A stretch of 64,000 nt of DNA from Ascidiella aspersa (lineage: Eukaryota), in contig OZ004607.1 of the NCBI GenBank assembly GCA_963924565.1, positions 28,582,001 through 28,646,000 on the forward strand, read 5' to 3'. Every line of letters begins with the position of its first letter. The first letter of the stretch is position 1. A model generated the notes under the pieces. That model ran no database searches. It saw only the letters and a list, made by a program, of their open reading frames with translations, and was not told where the DNA came from. Shown piece after piece: positions 12,759 to 26,482 of this stretch. The translations under genes and the position numbers were made by a program.

Positions 12759-15700
12759 CCTTAACCCAATTTGTTTGTATGGAAACGTGTTGGACCCGTG
12801 ATTGCGCCACTTCAGCAGCCCGAATGATTTATTGATTTCGCGGTGAGTTTATTACTCAACGCTGACTCGACAATCGTAAATAACTCGCACCGCTTACACC
12901 ATCACTCTAGCCGTGAGGAATCGCTTTCGCCATGCGATGAAATGTAACCGGAAAAATTTGCGTATTCAAACTTGATGAAAAAAGGGAGCCGCTTCGTCGC
13001 GGTGGGTCACGAGGCATCGTGACGTAACGAATTGCGTCACTGCCGGAAGCGTTTGGTAGTTAGGGTACCTGGGCCACCTGCTGAAGGGTTTCCCGCAATT
13101 TGCGCCAACCTGTTGCTTGTTAAAGTGAGTGTTTGGTGATTGCGGTTCGGATAAGCAGCAAAATAGTTCCGCGTTGCACCTTAAACGGACGTTATCGGCT
13201 GTGAATTACTGTTGGCGCGTTTCGCTACGTTGGTATTTTCATTGGAATATGCCAGCTGCACTTGTTTTTTTGTTTGGCTCTTTGGTTTATAGCAAGCTTA
13301 GGAAATGGCGATTGGCCTTATTCTGTTTCAACTGCTCGGTTAATTGTCCAAGATTTCTGTTTACCGAAGCAAAAATAATCCTTTTTTCCAATATTTTGTC
13401 CGATTCTCGTTAATGCCAGGGAAAATATTTATACGCCACGTTCAAATTTGGTGTTTTCTATTGACCGCAGTATGAAGCCTTTTGATCCGAATACGTTGAG
13501 GTAACAGCTGACAGAGACTTGTTCGACCTTTAATAAAGTGTTTGCCTGCGCAACAGGTGACACAGTGAACTTGGCAACTGCAGCTTCTCCTGTGTGGCTG
13601 TAAGTTGCCCCTTAGCGGCTTCTCCTGTATACTTGTGTCCGATCGCCAGTTGCTTGAACGTCAGTCAGGAAAACGAAATAACAGGAGTTTCTTATACGCC
13701 AGTTTATTCAGTTTTTTATGGTAGAACATCACTTTAAATCATTTGGAACGCAATGCGTAGTTTGAAATTCGGCTTGAAGATTGGACCTTTACGAGTAGCA
13801 ACATGTAAACTACTGATTACTTATGTGTTTAAGGCCTCAGTACCTCGGTATGTTCCGGTGGAATGAAGTAAGGTATCAACAATAAAAAAGGGTCGAAATG
13901 TTACAACACGGTATTAACTAACTATTCAAAAATAGCTTCCTTAATGTCACCCGAATTGAAACGCCAGCGGTGATCTAAATCGCACTAAAATTGTTGATTT
14001 AACCACACGATGGTTTACAGTTCAGACGTAACTCGAGCCTAAAAACTATTTTACTTTAAAAATGTGCAGCTTATCTAAGTTTGTATAAATGTTGAATGCG
14101 AAATAGTTTACAAAACATTACGCACTTTGTGATCTATTCTCGGGCGATATCAGAGAACGCATGTAAAATTAGGTTTTCAGAATTGTGCGTTCCTTTCATA
14201 CTATTCCGTACCTTAACCTAAACATGTTCAACGTTTAAATGAACTGTGCTAATATTTTAGTAGTTCGCCGTAACGCTTTAACTTTAAACCGCCTTCGCGT
14301 AGGCAATGTGTGAATAAATATCGCAGAAGCCGCTGACCTTGGCATTTGTGCCAACACGTTGGCCGCCAATCGCGATCAAGTGCCCCTCTTGTTTGCTAAG
14401 GGCCAAGATTAGCGTTTATTGTCAATTGAAAAATGCTGTTTGCGCTGCTTTCGCTAATTAGTAATTATTCCTGACTACTTGTCGTTCTCCGCCGTGTGAA
14501 ACCGACATTTCTGCAAACAAGAGAAGCACTTGAGTTGAATTTATTTGCGACGTTGCTCCAACGGTTGTTGATTGCTTTTTTCCTTCCGTCGCTTATACTC
14601 GACGTTTTTTACCGGAAACTCCGACTCCCATTTGACGGAAGCATGTATTTTTTTACGACAGTTTGTGTCGACTCGTTAAGCGGGACAACTAATGTTTTTG
14701 CTTAGTGACTAAAATGTCGCACCGTGGTGGTCTGTGCGTAATCGAGTCCCTTGTTTATTGTAAGTCGTAAAATATTTACTGCACCATAAACAATTGCCGT
14801 CTTTCGATTAAAAGCCGGTTAAATTTTCGCCGCCAACCAGCCGTGGATGATGTAACGGTCTTCCGTCGGCGCAAGAGCCTCGTGTCTATTTATTCAGTTA
14901 ATCACAATGGCGAGTATATATAAGTCGCGACGCTTCCTCGCTCGGCAAAACGGCCCGGCCAAGGTAAGCCCTGGCGCATTTTTCTGTTTTTCTTGAGCTT
15001 TACGACCGGACAAACGGACTCCCGTCCGGCTGCCTTAAACGCCCCGACACAGTTTGTTTTTCTTGGGTCGTGAGAGCCCCCTCCCCCCCCCAGCGAACGC
15101 CCCCTCTCCCTTGCGTGCTGCTGTGCCGGAGATGGATTACCCGCTCGCTTCGTTAAGAAGCTGGCTTTCGGTGAAAATTCAAAATTGTATTAAGCGCGGT
15201 TAAAGTCGCGGCTTTGCCCGGATCTTAACTTGGATTTCGGCATCTGGCTAGGAATTCGTTGTAAAGTCTGTTATGGGGGAGGCTTGGTTAGTCACGGCGC
15301 CGTTTTAGTCTTGGGAGGAAATGGCCACCAATGAAGGACGACAGCAATTAGCCGCAGTGAAAAACTAATCTTCAAGGCAGCAAATTTAGAGTTTTTTGCT
15401 TTGAAGACTGTCGTTGTTGAAAATTAAGTAAGGTTTTTTGTGAGTATGTGTCCGGGTTATAAGTAGACCGTAGTTGCAAATATTAATTATATTAGCAATC
15501 AAAAACGTGTTTTCTTCTGAAAAAGAGAACCTTTACCAGCGACGTTCCGATGGCATTGTATTGACAAAATCATTGCGCACAATTTTAATGCAAGGTATGT
15601 TGGTTGTAAGTTGAATGTTAAACAGCATATCATAAGACAAATTAATCGGTATAACATCAAAATCCCTGCTCCCCCGGGAACAGGAGGTGTTAGTCAGTTT

Positions 15701-17609
15701 ACCGCGTCCTTGGCTAAAGGAGACTAAAGGACGTATGCGCCGCGTATTGTAATACCGCGATTTTCCTGGCCTTCCCCCAATTAAAACCCTATCTCGAACA
15801 TCGAGAGGCCCGTTACATTAGTCATCGCCCGCCTGTGTACTTTGGGTAGCGCGCGGGGGGCAAGTGTACTCCACTGCACGAGTGCCCCCCTGGGCTGAGT
15901 CACCGGCATTCCCATTGTGACCCAAACAATGGCGGCGTGACGCACGACGAATTTTCGATTGTGACCGCGATGGCGAAATTCTGGCTTGTTCAGCAGTGGG
16001 CCCCCGTGACTCGACTTTGTATATTCAGCGCGGTCCGTTACCGCTCAAACTCAACAGAGGACTTGGCACCGGGTGCTTCCCCCCATCTTATAAGCACGCC
16101 CTCCATTAAAATATAGGAATGCGCGTTATGCGGATGAAAGAATCTCGAGTACGATGTTGTTGGATGAATCTATTGCGCCGTGATCTACACTCGTCGAGTT
16201 TTTTAAGTTATGGTTTAAACAACGTGGTCCATAAAATACTTCGCTAATTAGGGTAGAAATCATTTTTCTAATTTTAAATGTAACAAAACCTATTTCTATT
16301 AAGCATCGATAATTCGCTTTATCAATTAATACGGCGAAAAAACGCATTGCTCAAGTGTAAACAAACTCGTGCAAAAAGTTTGAAAGTGTAAACTCCTGTG
16401 CTAAAATCTAGATCGTTAAAATGTGAGGCCCTATAGTCGCTAGCATTAGCGTTAAAAGTTCTTTGAATTTGTTATTCATTTTTTTTTGGAATAAAATATT
16501 TTCTTCAAGGTGCTAAAAAATTGGCAGTAAATGCAGAGTATGATTATCCTAAACTTGGGTTTTTAAATGCGACACCCTTTAACTGCGCCTCCCTTGAAAT
16601 TGCTCTTCCAATTTAACCCGTTGGAGAACGATGGGCACTTATCTGGGGTGCGATATGACTTTGGAAACTGTGTGAAAGCAGTCGTTTGAACGAGCTGAAG
16701 GCTTATGCGGTCACAACGCACGTTTAAGGGGCGACAAGGGAATTAATATTTCAGACGAGAAACCTTGCCCCAAATTAGAGTTTACCGCTTTACAAGGCAA
16801 CTTTGCAAGCTGCTCGGTCTCTATCATGCATACTAATCCATTTGTTTAAAGTTGCCTAATGCATAAAAATTATTTGCATATTCAACTGCCTAATATTTGA
16901 GTTATTTGATTTTACCCATAGAATCGAGACCAGCGGTTTGAAACCGCTTACCTTTTCTTATTCCTAATCTTGCCCAAAAAACTTTTTGACTCTTTTAAGG
17001 TTCCATTTCATTGCTTAATTAGTTTTCAATACAATCGTAGTGTGTGATTTATAAGTGTCAAAATCATAAAATATTTCAAACATTGTGAACCACTGTAACA
17101 CTAGTAAGGGGTAGAGTCCTATTTGCCTCAAAAGGTTGTATAGTTTGAAACACAATATTAACGTTTAACCTATTTCGGTTCGCGTTTTGTCGCTTTGTAT
17201 AAAAACGGTGGTAAAACTGTGGAAAAGAGATCCGACCTCTCTACGTGTGGCCAACTAAGCCCGACCCCAGTGTTGCTCCTTTCGTCGGCCGCATAATCGA
17301 TCATTCCAAACGCTCGCCGTCATGAAAAATTCACTGAATCAACACTTTGCCTTCGGCGCGCGCCCCCTTTTCCAGTCCCAGTCTCGTTACGAAGCCCGCG
17401 AGCGGCGCAAAAATAAAAGGAGCAAAACGAAAACCAACAACGCCCCTGCCACTTTTCCGATCAGCAAAGACAACAAACAGCAATCGGTTTGCGCGCGACC
17501 GAAGGGCGTTTAGGAAACCAGAGGTGGCCAACCTGTGGCCGGGCGCAATAATCGACGGCAAAAATACGTGCCAGTAGTGCCGGGCCAGATTGTGAGGCTA
17601 GGTCTACGG

Positions 17610-17720
17610 CAGTGGTTCTCAACCTTTTTTTCACTGCGTACCACCTCGAGCCTCTATGATCTTGTTGCGTACCAACAAATTGTCGAAAAACTCAACTTCC
17701 TCAAAATGTATATATGATTA
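17610..17720 (+). mobile_element. Left end of a hAT-type MITE (right end not found)
   Basis: CAGTGGTTCTCAACCTTTTT, the same terminus as at 57636 and 6294; right boundary approximate. Confidence 0.5.
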
Positions 17721-17857
17721 TTAACAAGGGCGGATTAGCTAATTAGTTAGCCCGGGAATTTCAAAACAAATGCGGCCCACTACTCTAAAAAAAGTTTCTC
17801 TTTTTTAACTTGCAAATACTGGTAGTCAAGTTTTGTGATTGCAGTTTGGTTTAGATG

Positions 17858-17966
17858 CGAAAAAACATGTTTCAAAGAATAGATAGTTTTAAAGCTTATG
17901 CAGATTGCTCAAGACGCGAAAAAAATATGTTTCAAAGAATAGATAGTTTTAAAGCTTATGTAGATT
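17858..17966. repeat. Tandem duplication, about 60-bp period, two copies
   Basis: ATGTTTCAAAGAATAGATAGTTTTAAAGCTTATG occurs twice, 60 bp apart. Confidence 0.85.
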
Positions 17967-20900
17967 AATGCTTGAAAGCCTGATTATTAAATTTAGACGT
18001 ACTTTTGTGAGGCCTCAGCGGTGTAAACCAGTGTTTACTTGCCACAACAGTCGAGTGCTCGGCGCGCCACGTCCGCCCCTAAAAGGTCACGGTTCATGTC
18101 GGCAACGCCGGGCTTTTGCGCTATAGTGGCAACCAGGCCCCTGTCCGGGTTGGGTTTCGCTCGGTCTCGCAACTTTCCGTGCGGAGCAACCTCGGGCGCT
18201 GGCGCAAAGGAAACCGTGCGGCGTTTTGCAGAGAACTGGACAAATCCAGTGGCCGCTTTTATTAATCGACTTTTCATTCCCGCTTTGTGCGTTGGGTAGC
18301 TTTCATACCCGTTAATAAAACGTTTTTTTCTTCGTGGTCAGGTGTAAAAATATGGCGCAACAGGTGGGTAGGCGCAAGTATCGTTTTAAACCGGCTGATT
18401 TTTGGCAGGATGCCTGCGCTTTGCAAATCGACGGGCGACTGAGTTGTGTGAGAACCCTGGCCGTGGCGCGTTTCACTAGCTGCTGCCCAAGTAATCCGAT
18501 AGCGGCATCGACCGGCACTTTTCGTAACGCTCTCTCATAAAGGTGCGCTTGTGTCTGTATTAAGCCCGTGCCCGACCCGAAATTAACCTCACTGTATACG
18601 CGAGTTTCCTAAATTTAGCGTCGTCTGGCTTTCCTCAAACCGGCGATTCGTCTATATACATTTACTGCCGACGGCGCTCAGCTTCTGTGCTCGCAGCAGG
18701 GAATTTTCACATGAACGGTGCTGCAGCACTCTACATCTCGCGTTACGCCGATGCAAAATTGGTCTGCATGTGCACTTAGCAGTGAGTGGCCGCCGCTGCC
18801 CCATATCGTGTGAAAACGACGAGATTGGCGCGGGTCTTCAGCGTTTGCGATGCGAGTGATCTCCAGTCGGCGATGAACCGTGTTGTGGCTTATAGACTTA
18901 GCCTTGTGCCGCTATTTGCACTGATGCGTCTTAAATCGTGAGAAAGTTTTGACTGCGACGGTTGGCGCGCCGTCCAGAATAATTCCTCATTTGGATTTGC
19001 TGACATGCTGCTACATTGGGGTGTGGGAAGCTTCTGCAGAAACTCTTACATTAACGAGTATGGCGCCGTTACTGGCTTATGGCCGAATTTGTCGACCTCA
19101 AATCATTTTTTTCCTGCTGTATGGCAAAATTAAATTTTATTTGTTCGTATGCCTAGGGTGGAAACATACGTTACGATATGAAATAACCTTTATTGAGACT
19201 CTACCTTGACGCAACCTGAGTATTATCTTTCCCGGCCTCTCGCTAATTGTTTGGCTTCTCCGTAATTGTTTTCACACCGCATACTACCGCGTCAAGCATA
19301 TTTGCCCATCTCCGACTTGCTTGGTACGCCCGTCTCTAAGGCAATAGCAGCCTTCATACGCCCGTATACTATCGCGCGACTTAATAGCCCGCAATAATCT
19401 CGACCAAACATCCCGAAACGGCCCTAATTGCCGCCGCCTGGGTCGCCGTAATTGTGTGCTGCCCAGGAGAGCCTGTGCCCATTTTCTTTTTCCCGGCAGC
19501 TTATTTTTCCATTGCCCGTTGGGCCTACGACATCCGCCCATATATCGTTGTCGAAAAAGTTCTCTGAAATCGCGCTATCGACTGTCGGTGAAGGACGTTC
19601 AGAGAAGCTTGATATGCGCTGTGTGTATATTTAGACGCGTTCATATGAATAAGGCGCCCGAAATACTGAGCTGTGGGTAAACCGTAGGAATAGCATTCGA
19701 TATTTTAGCCAGCGATGACTCGTTTAGCCTTCAGATCAAGAAATAGCGTTCAGACCCCGCCAAAACGATGCGTTTAGCTGCGGAAAAGCCCCTCGAATTT
19801 TGCTCACGTGTATCAGGTGTTACAGTCCGCCGAAACGAGGCCTCTTTAAAATCTCGACTGTGTCGTCACACGTTAAGCACACAAGAGCGGGCGAGGGTGA
19901 CGGTCGCTGCCAGCAGTGGCAGTTGGAGACTCGGGAAGCGTTAGACGGTCTTCGGTCGCGCAGATCGTGCACGTTCGTTGCTTTTGTTTGCGTTGGGCCA
20001 CAGCAGCAGTGTATACGGACTGCTGGGTCCCGGCGTCGCATTCTGTTGTTTGCCTTCTCCAGCCGACCGGTGCAACGTCGCACCGTCGTTACACGTGTCG
20101 CGCAGTTTGCTCACCGATAAGGGGCCGCTCCGTTCGGCGAAAGGCTGGACCCATTTTCTTTAAGGAAAGAAAGGGCGCGTAGTGGCGCCGTATAAGACGG
20201 CAGTTAGCTTTTCAGAGTCACGTACTGCTTTTTTTATGACCATTCGACGGATTACAACACTCAGTAACGCAGTGTCGTAAAGGCGAGGCTAAATATATGA
20301 GGCCGTTTGCCTAAGCGGCTTTAACGAACTTGCCAGTAAACGAACCACAGGGAAGCTTAGCAGTTGGGCGTTCTATAAATGCAGCTATCAGCCGCCGTTG
20401 GTTTTGTGGTTATAGTAGGCCGTTCACATGTCGGCAAGTCGACGCGAATAGAACATTACGTAAATTTAGCATCAACATTGGCGAACAGTGTTATGAGATA
20501 CGCCTAACAGGTTCCGATGTGGCGATTAAAAGGGGCGCAATGTGTTATTATAACGCCCAATGTCGACGGCAGTGACTCTGTAGACGTGATACCGGACCTT
20601 GGCGATTTCGGGGCTGCCTAATTGTGTACAGCTGGTTATTTTCAGATGTAAGCCTCGAGTTAATGGCGTGGCCTCGGAGAAATCGGATTACGCCGGACGC
20701 CGCGCTGTAGGCACAGGCTTGGCGTTTCAGTTGAGTTCCGCGTCAGCCCCGTCGACTTGTTTTGTGACTCTCAATCATCTATCGAGTACTCGCCGACAGC
20801 TCCGCCGGCCAGGATTAGCTGAATCGCCGCAGAACGCCATCGCTAAGTGTCCAAGTGGCTACAGTGTGACAGCCCGCTCGAAAACAACTCGCATTCGCCG

Positions 20901-23900
20901 TGGGCTTTGTTTAACGGCAAGCTTGCAGGCTTTCGCTTAATCCAGTTCTAAGCGTGACAAGTAAGCGACGTGCTTACTTGTCTTTTGAGTGCGCTAATAA
21001 GGCGCACTTGATTAATTGAACTTGGACGCTGCGCGACACCGTTGTCGTGCTTTCTCACCAAAGGCATTCGTGCTGTTTTTTTTTTTGCAGCGAAGGTCAG
21101 AGGTCGCTGACCTCGAGTAACGCAAAGCCTCTTATCTCGCGAACCAATGGAAAGTTGCGGCTGTCCGATAGGAATGCCATGTCCTAATTATTGAGTTAGC
21201 GCTTTGACGCCGGACAACTGCGCGATCGGTTTAGCTTGTTACCGTGCTCACACGGCGACTACTATTCCGCAGGGAACGAGCAAATAATTTCAAGGCTTAG
21301 TTTGTTGGCAACTGTTGGATGGAGGTTAGCAATGCAGTTAGCATGTACAAATTAGAGTAGTGCTTAGTTGTGTAACTAAGGTTGATCTTAGAGTAGTTCA
21401 GTTTGGATTGTGGCAGTCAGAACAGCAGCTGAAGTATGTCTCAAGGTAATACTATTGTATTTGGGAAGCCTTATACGCTTCAGGCTCTTAAAAGCAAGGC
21501 ACGAAATCGGATTTTAATTTGTGGATATACAGTTTCGTCCGGCTTTGCGGCTTCGGTATTATCTCGAGCGAAAAAAAACGTAGCCTTGAGCGGCTCGAGT
21601 TTCCATAGCAACCCGGTAAAGTAGCGGTCTCGCTCCGTCGCACAGCTTGCAATTGAAGGGTGCAGTTTTCGCTCAAGCCGCCATTCGCCAGTGCGGTTGT
21701 TATGGCTGTTGCTACTACGTACACCGCGCGAAAAAATGCGGTCCTTGTGCCACTCAAGTGTCGAGGGTGCATCGTTATGCCAGCAACGGCCTGAAGCCGC
21801 CAGGGTCAGTCGTTTTACGCCGTGGCACCAGAACGGGCATTTCCTAGCTCCTTAGGCTTAAGTAAATGTCTCTCAGTTTTTTATTTAGATGAGTTTTTGA
21901 AGATAGATTTGTGGGGAATAAAAATGGTTGTTTTTAGTACGAAAATAACTTTAATCTAGTGTAGAATGCATAAAGTTACAGTTTTAATCCAGTTCGGTAA
22001 TTGTCTTGCTTTTTTTAGGAAAGAGTTCCTAGTAATAAAAACCTTTACAGTTATGATACAGCCTAGTGCTTGTACAGTTTGCTGGATGATTTGTCAGATT
22101 TCTAGAGATCATTAATTGTTAACCACCAGTTCGACATTTTTATGTTACGAAAAACAAAGAAATGTGCAATCCAGTGAGAGAAAATTCAATAAACTTAGTT
22201 GACAGAAAACGAACAGTCTTGGCGATGTGCAACCGGTATTTGGCACTTGTCAAAAATGTCGAACGGCAAACTTTCTTGCTAGACAGCCCTATGTAGTGAC
22301 ACGAGTTGTCAACGCCATGTTTAATAAAAAAAAAACCTTGGAATTTCGCGCCCGGCCCTAAGCGCAGGCTGTAATGCCCAGCAAATATAAGAACCTGAAT
22401 TTGGTGGCGGCGGTTTTGGCCGTTTTGCTTGTTTACCGTTGCGTGCATGCCAATGAACGGGCGGTAGCTCCCAGATGGCAAGTGTTGCCGAATGTTTGGT
22501 TGCGCATAGGCGGGATTAACTCGACCGCTTGCGACAAGAGAGACTTAACGCGTTGCGAGTGTTTAGGCCAGCTGACCGCAGCTATGCAGCGCCGACGCCT
22601 TTCGCAGCTTTAATTAGTGCCGCAATCGGGGTCAGGTTTATGGAAAGGCGCCGCTGTATCGGTTCTCGTTGCTTTGTTAAGAGCATCAAAGCACCCATCT
22701 CGAGTAAATGGTTGGAAGAGGCGTTTCAGGTTTTTCAGACCGCTCACCGTTTATTTGGGGCGGACATCAAACAATTTCGCAAAAGGCGGCAGCGTAGGCG
22801 TTTAAAACATCATTTTTTAAGTTCAGCTTGGGGCGCTGAAACGACTTGAAGGGATCTGGCGTCAAAGCCATAACACACTTGATATGTCTGGCTCTCTCTG
22901 CCGGACAGCCGAGCCCTTCAAGACGCATTTCGAAGCCATAGTAATTAAGCCGTGATAGCTCGCTGCTATACGCGCGGATCGATTCGGCCTAATTGTGCCT
23001 TTTCAAAAGCGCAATAAGCCGACGAGCGCGGCGTGTATTGAAAATCGTTCGCCACCGAACAGAGCCCAGCGACGCCGCGCAGTCATTTGCGCCACAGAAG
23101 GGGGTGTTTAGCGTCGCCATTTCGCCTTTGACCTGTCACGTACTTGGCTCGTATTAGGTGGTCTGACGACGCTCGTAGCCATTGTTTGCGGCCAAGTACG
23201 CACCTGCCGTTGGTTGGGTGTATGGCCATTGCGGCCCGCCGCGTTTTCAACGGCCAAGGTTCGCAAGGTCAAACGCGCTTTTAGAGAAATTCCCGAGGAA
23301 TTTATGCAGTTCGAAAGGTGAAAGACAAGCGAGATCGTTTTTCACGTATAAAATATTGTAGTATTACTTCCGTATTAAATATTGTGATTGGAACAGGTCG
23401 CTAAGTGCGCAGTATAATTGTAAACCTAAGTTTTAACTAATGCGCTATGCTCATTTCAGCTTCATGTAAATCTTTACCAAGCGAGTGTAACTTCAATATA
23501 AGGTTTAGCATATTCGTTACACTTATAATATCACTCCAGCGTAGTATAGGTTCATTGCGAAGCAAGTGGCGTAGAAATGTAGGCCTGGGTTGTAGCGCAT
23601 TGCTTACACTGGATGTTTTAATCCAGCCCTGTAATGATCTTTGGCAGCCGAGCACTGTAAACGCAAGCATACTTTCGTTGGTTCAGATCAGGTAGTTAGC
23701 GCCGATTTAGGAGATACGCGCCGAGCGTTTATTTACTGCTGGAAACTTTCCATGGCGTCGCCCCGTTTGCGCAAACCGACGTCAATCAAGTTTCCCGGCA
23801 CTAACGCGCAACTTAAAATTACCTATCGCCTTACAAATTCCCCTGAACCGCTTAGGGGAGGCAACTTGAACTTCCCGAAATTCTGATTCACGCCCGAACC

Positions 23901-24587
23901 TTAAGCGCCGGACTGAATTAGAAAAGGTGATGCATTGATTGGCTGGGTAATCGCGAGTCAGTCTTTATTGGACTTGGATGACTACTTGTGCTTGGTTGGT
24001 ACGTGGTACTTCTTAATACCCTTTGGGTGATTACAGTATTGTGACAGCAAAACAGACCTGTGATTGACAGATCTGGCGTTTGGTTCTATGAGACTGTTTA
24101 CTTGTTAGTTGTTACAGACATGATTTTTACCAAAGTAGTTTGTTATTTGAAGATTTCATCGTTTATTTCGTGCCGCTGTTCAAAAAAACATACCAGAAAA
24201 AATATAAGATGGTTCCTAGCCCGAATTTCTGAACGACCAATGCACTTGGACGTGCGTATGCGCAACCTTTGTTGCCGTAGCTCATAATTAAACATGCTAT
24301 TACTTTGGACCTGCAGACAACCCGTAGAGCAAAATTAAAAGCATTATAACGGTAATCTGAAAAGTGCCAAGCTTCGAAGAAGAAACCCGAAAACAGACAA
24401 CCGAAAATTTGACTGGCTACATCCTGCTATGGAATAAGACGTCAAAAGTGGCCTGTCTCTTCCATTGCGACACTCGTATCTCACGAAGTGAAAACGTCAG
24501 ACCGGCAAAATAGGCAGGCGCGGTTCGACTGAGCGTTCACGCCGTGGAACGCGCTGCCGTCGCTCCTGCTGCGGGACACGACCCAGA

Positions 24588-24660
24588 ATGGACGTGACAA
24601 GTTGTCTGCCCGACCTTCCTCTCTGCTTCGTCTTCAAGATGTCGTCGTCCCGTCCACGCG
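24588..24660 (+). CDS. Second candidate alternative first coding exon (MDVTSCLPDLPLCFVFKMSSSRPR)
   Basis: ATG at 24588, 73 nt, donor G|GTAAGG at 24661; phase 1 compatible with the 30175 acceptor; lies in a GC-rich patch. Confidence 0.4.
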
Positions 24661-26113
24661 GTAAGGTCTCGCACCCGAGTCCGAGCTTGGGGTAGCGAGC
24701 GTGCTTATTTTAAGGGTGGAGGTGTTTTGATTTGCAACCAACATATGCAGCAAATCGCTTGATATAGTATTCACGAATCTAAGGTTAACTTTTTATTCCA
24801 TTCTTGTAGAGGCCATTTTTTTAAACTCGTGTTTCAAAAGTGACCCAGGGATGAAAAAGGGCGTAGTTACTGTTAAACTGTTTACGCCTGTAGAACTGGC
24901 TATTTTCTTCGCAAACCATTTAGTAGCGAACAGTGTATTTCTAAATCGTTAAGTTATCGGAAATTTATGCTTTTACAGCCGATTTTGCGTTCCTTTAGTC
25001 TACTAAATTCCAGCCGCCATCCTAAATTGCCTATTGCCGCCCATTTGCTCCGTTTGTGGATTGCGCCGCTTTCCAATTAACTTTTCGGCCTCAATTTCCC
25101 GGCGGTTAGCGGCTGTGGCTCGTGTGAATTCGCCCGTCGGTCTTTTCACACCGAAGAGGCTAAAGCGGCGCTATAATGTGCAGCTCCGGGGCACGACCGC
25201 TTTCTATATTTAATGCTCGTCTCCCTCTGGAAAAGCCGAACATGCCGAGCACGCGCGTAATGATACAGGCGGCACAGCCAAAATGCCCCCCACAATACTT
25301 TAGGGGATAAAAGCTGGCGAGAATTCGTTCCGGGTGGCCCAGCAGGAAAAGTCGTCGATGTGTTTTCGACCTTCGCTTTCCGGCGGCCTTTTCAACCCGC
25401 CAGCGCGACTTTGTTTTGACTTTGTTGCCGTAAGACGCTAGCGTCAAACCCTCTCTTCGTGTCAAGAACCGAAAAGCGGCACTTGGCACTTGAGTTTCTT
25501 CGAGTGCGTTGTGTCAGCTCGGTCGTGGAAATGTGCTTACTCGGCGCTATAAATAAACGCGCAAAATAAAAAAGCGAATCGAGGCCCGGTGTTTTTCCAC
25601 TCAGCTACGGGAAACCGTTAGTCATGTTCCAAGTTTTTCCCCTTTTTTATCCGAAAAGCTCGGTGCGTCCCATCGCAGTTATTTAATCCCGTAATGTGTT
25701 TTCTCTCGTGCGCTTATCGGCCTCAAACACCCATACTAACGCGCGAGATGAGTCGCGATAGAGCGGGCAAACCGGGTTCGAGTAAATTCAAGTTCAACGT
25801 GTTTTGCCCGCGATGACGCCTTCTCGCGGTTGCGGCGTTTTTTGAGCCGCTTTTCGGTGCAAAACAATGGATAAACGCCCAAGAGAGACGTTCCCGAAAA
25901 CTACGTAAGCTTATGACCCAGTCCGGGTTAAGGATAACGCAGTTTGCTGCGGCAACAAACACTATCAGTCAAGCAACAAGATCGTGACCCACGGGCGCTT
26001 GGTTATGATCGGCGGCGCCAGCTCTAAAGTCTTTCCAGCAAGGCGGTCACCTGTAGCGAGCGATTCCGCGAAGGCCGCCGCCTTACCTGAGCTCTTGTTG
26101 TGACGGCTGCTGT

Positions 26114-26150
26114 CCAATCGCGTGCCGTCACGTGACCAGCGTCGACCAAT
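26114..26150 (+). promoter_or_regulatory. CCAAT - GTCACGTGAC (USF/TFE-type E-box) - CCAAT promoter-like module
   Basis: CCAAT 26114-26118, palindrome GTCACGTGAC 26127-26136, CCAAT 26146-26150, upstream of the candidate first exon at 26428. Confidence 0.5.
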
Positions 26151-26427
26151 CGGTTAACAGCGGCCTACCAAGCAGGCACTTGGGCAAACAAGGCAGTCGG
26201 AGAAACTCCCTTTACGCGTACGGCGTCTGACTGCCTTGTGCGGGTTTCTCGCTCGGCCCTCGGGCTCTATTTTTGTTGCGTCACGAGCTCGACGTCAGAG
26301 CCCTATTCACGCTCGCGTTTGTATAACGCGCGTCTTAAGCCGATTTTACCCATTTGCAAAACTCGCCCAGTTCGCGCGTGTGACGCCAAAGTGGTTTATA
26401 CACTTAACATATACGGCCGCGAGTTTG

Positions 26428-26482
26428 ATGAAGTTCGCCGGCGGTTTCAGGCATTTGCGCGAAGGAATGGTTTCACTGAAAA
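26428..26482 (+). CDS. Candidate alternative first coding exon of the ANKS1-like gene (MKFAGGFRHLREGMVSLK)
   Basis: ATG at 26428, 55 nt, then consensus donor GTAAGT at 26483; phase 1 matches the acceptor at 30175; promoter-like motif cluster about 300 bp upstream. Confidence 0.55.

Noticed and set aside
14907-14969. ATG mini-exon with AAG|GTAAGC donor
   Set aside because: Phase 0 does not fit the phase-1 acceptor at 30175; no other support.
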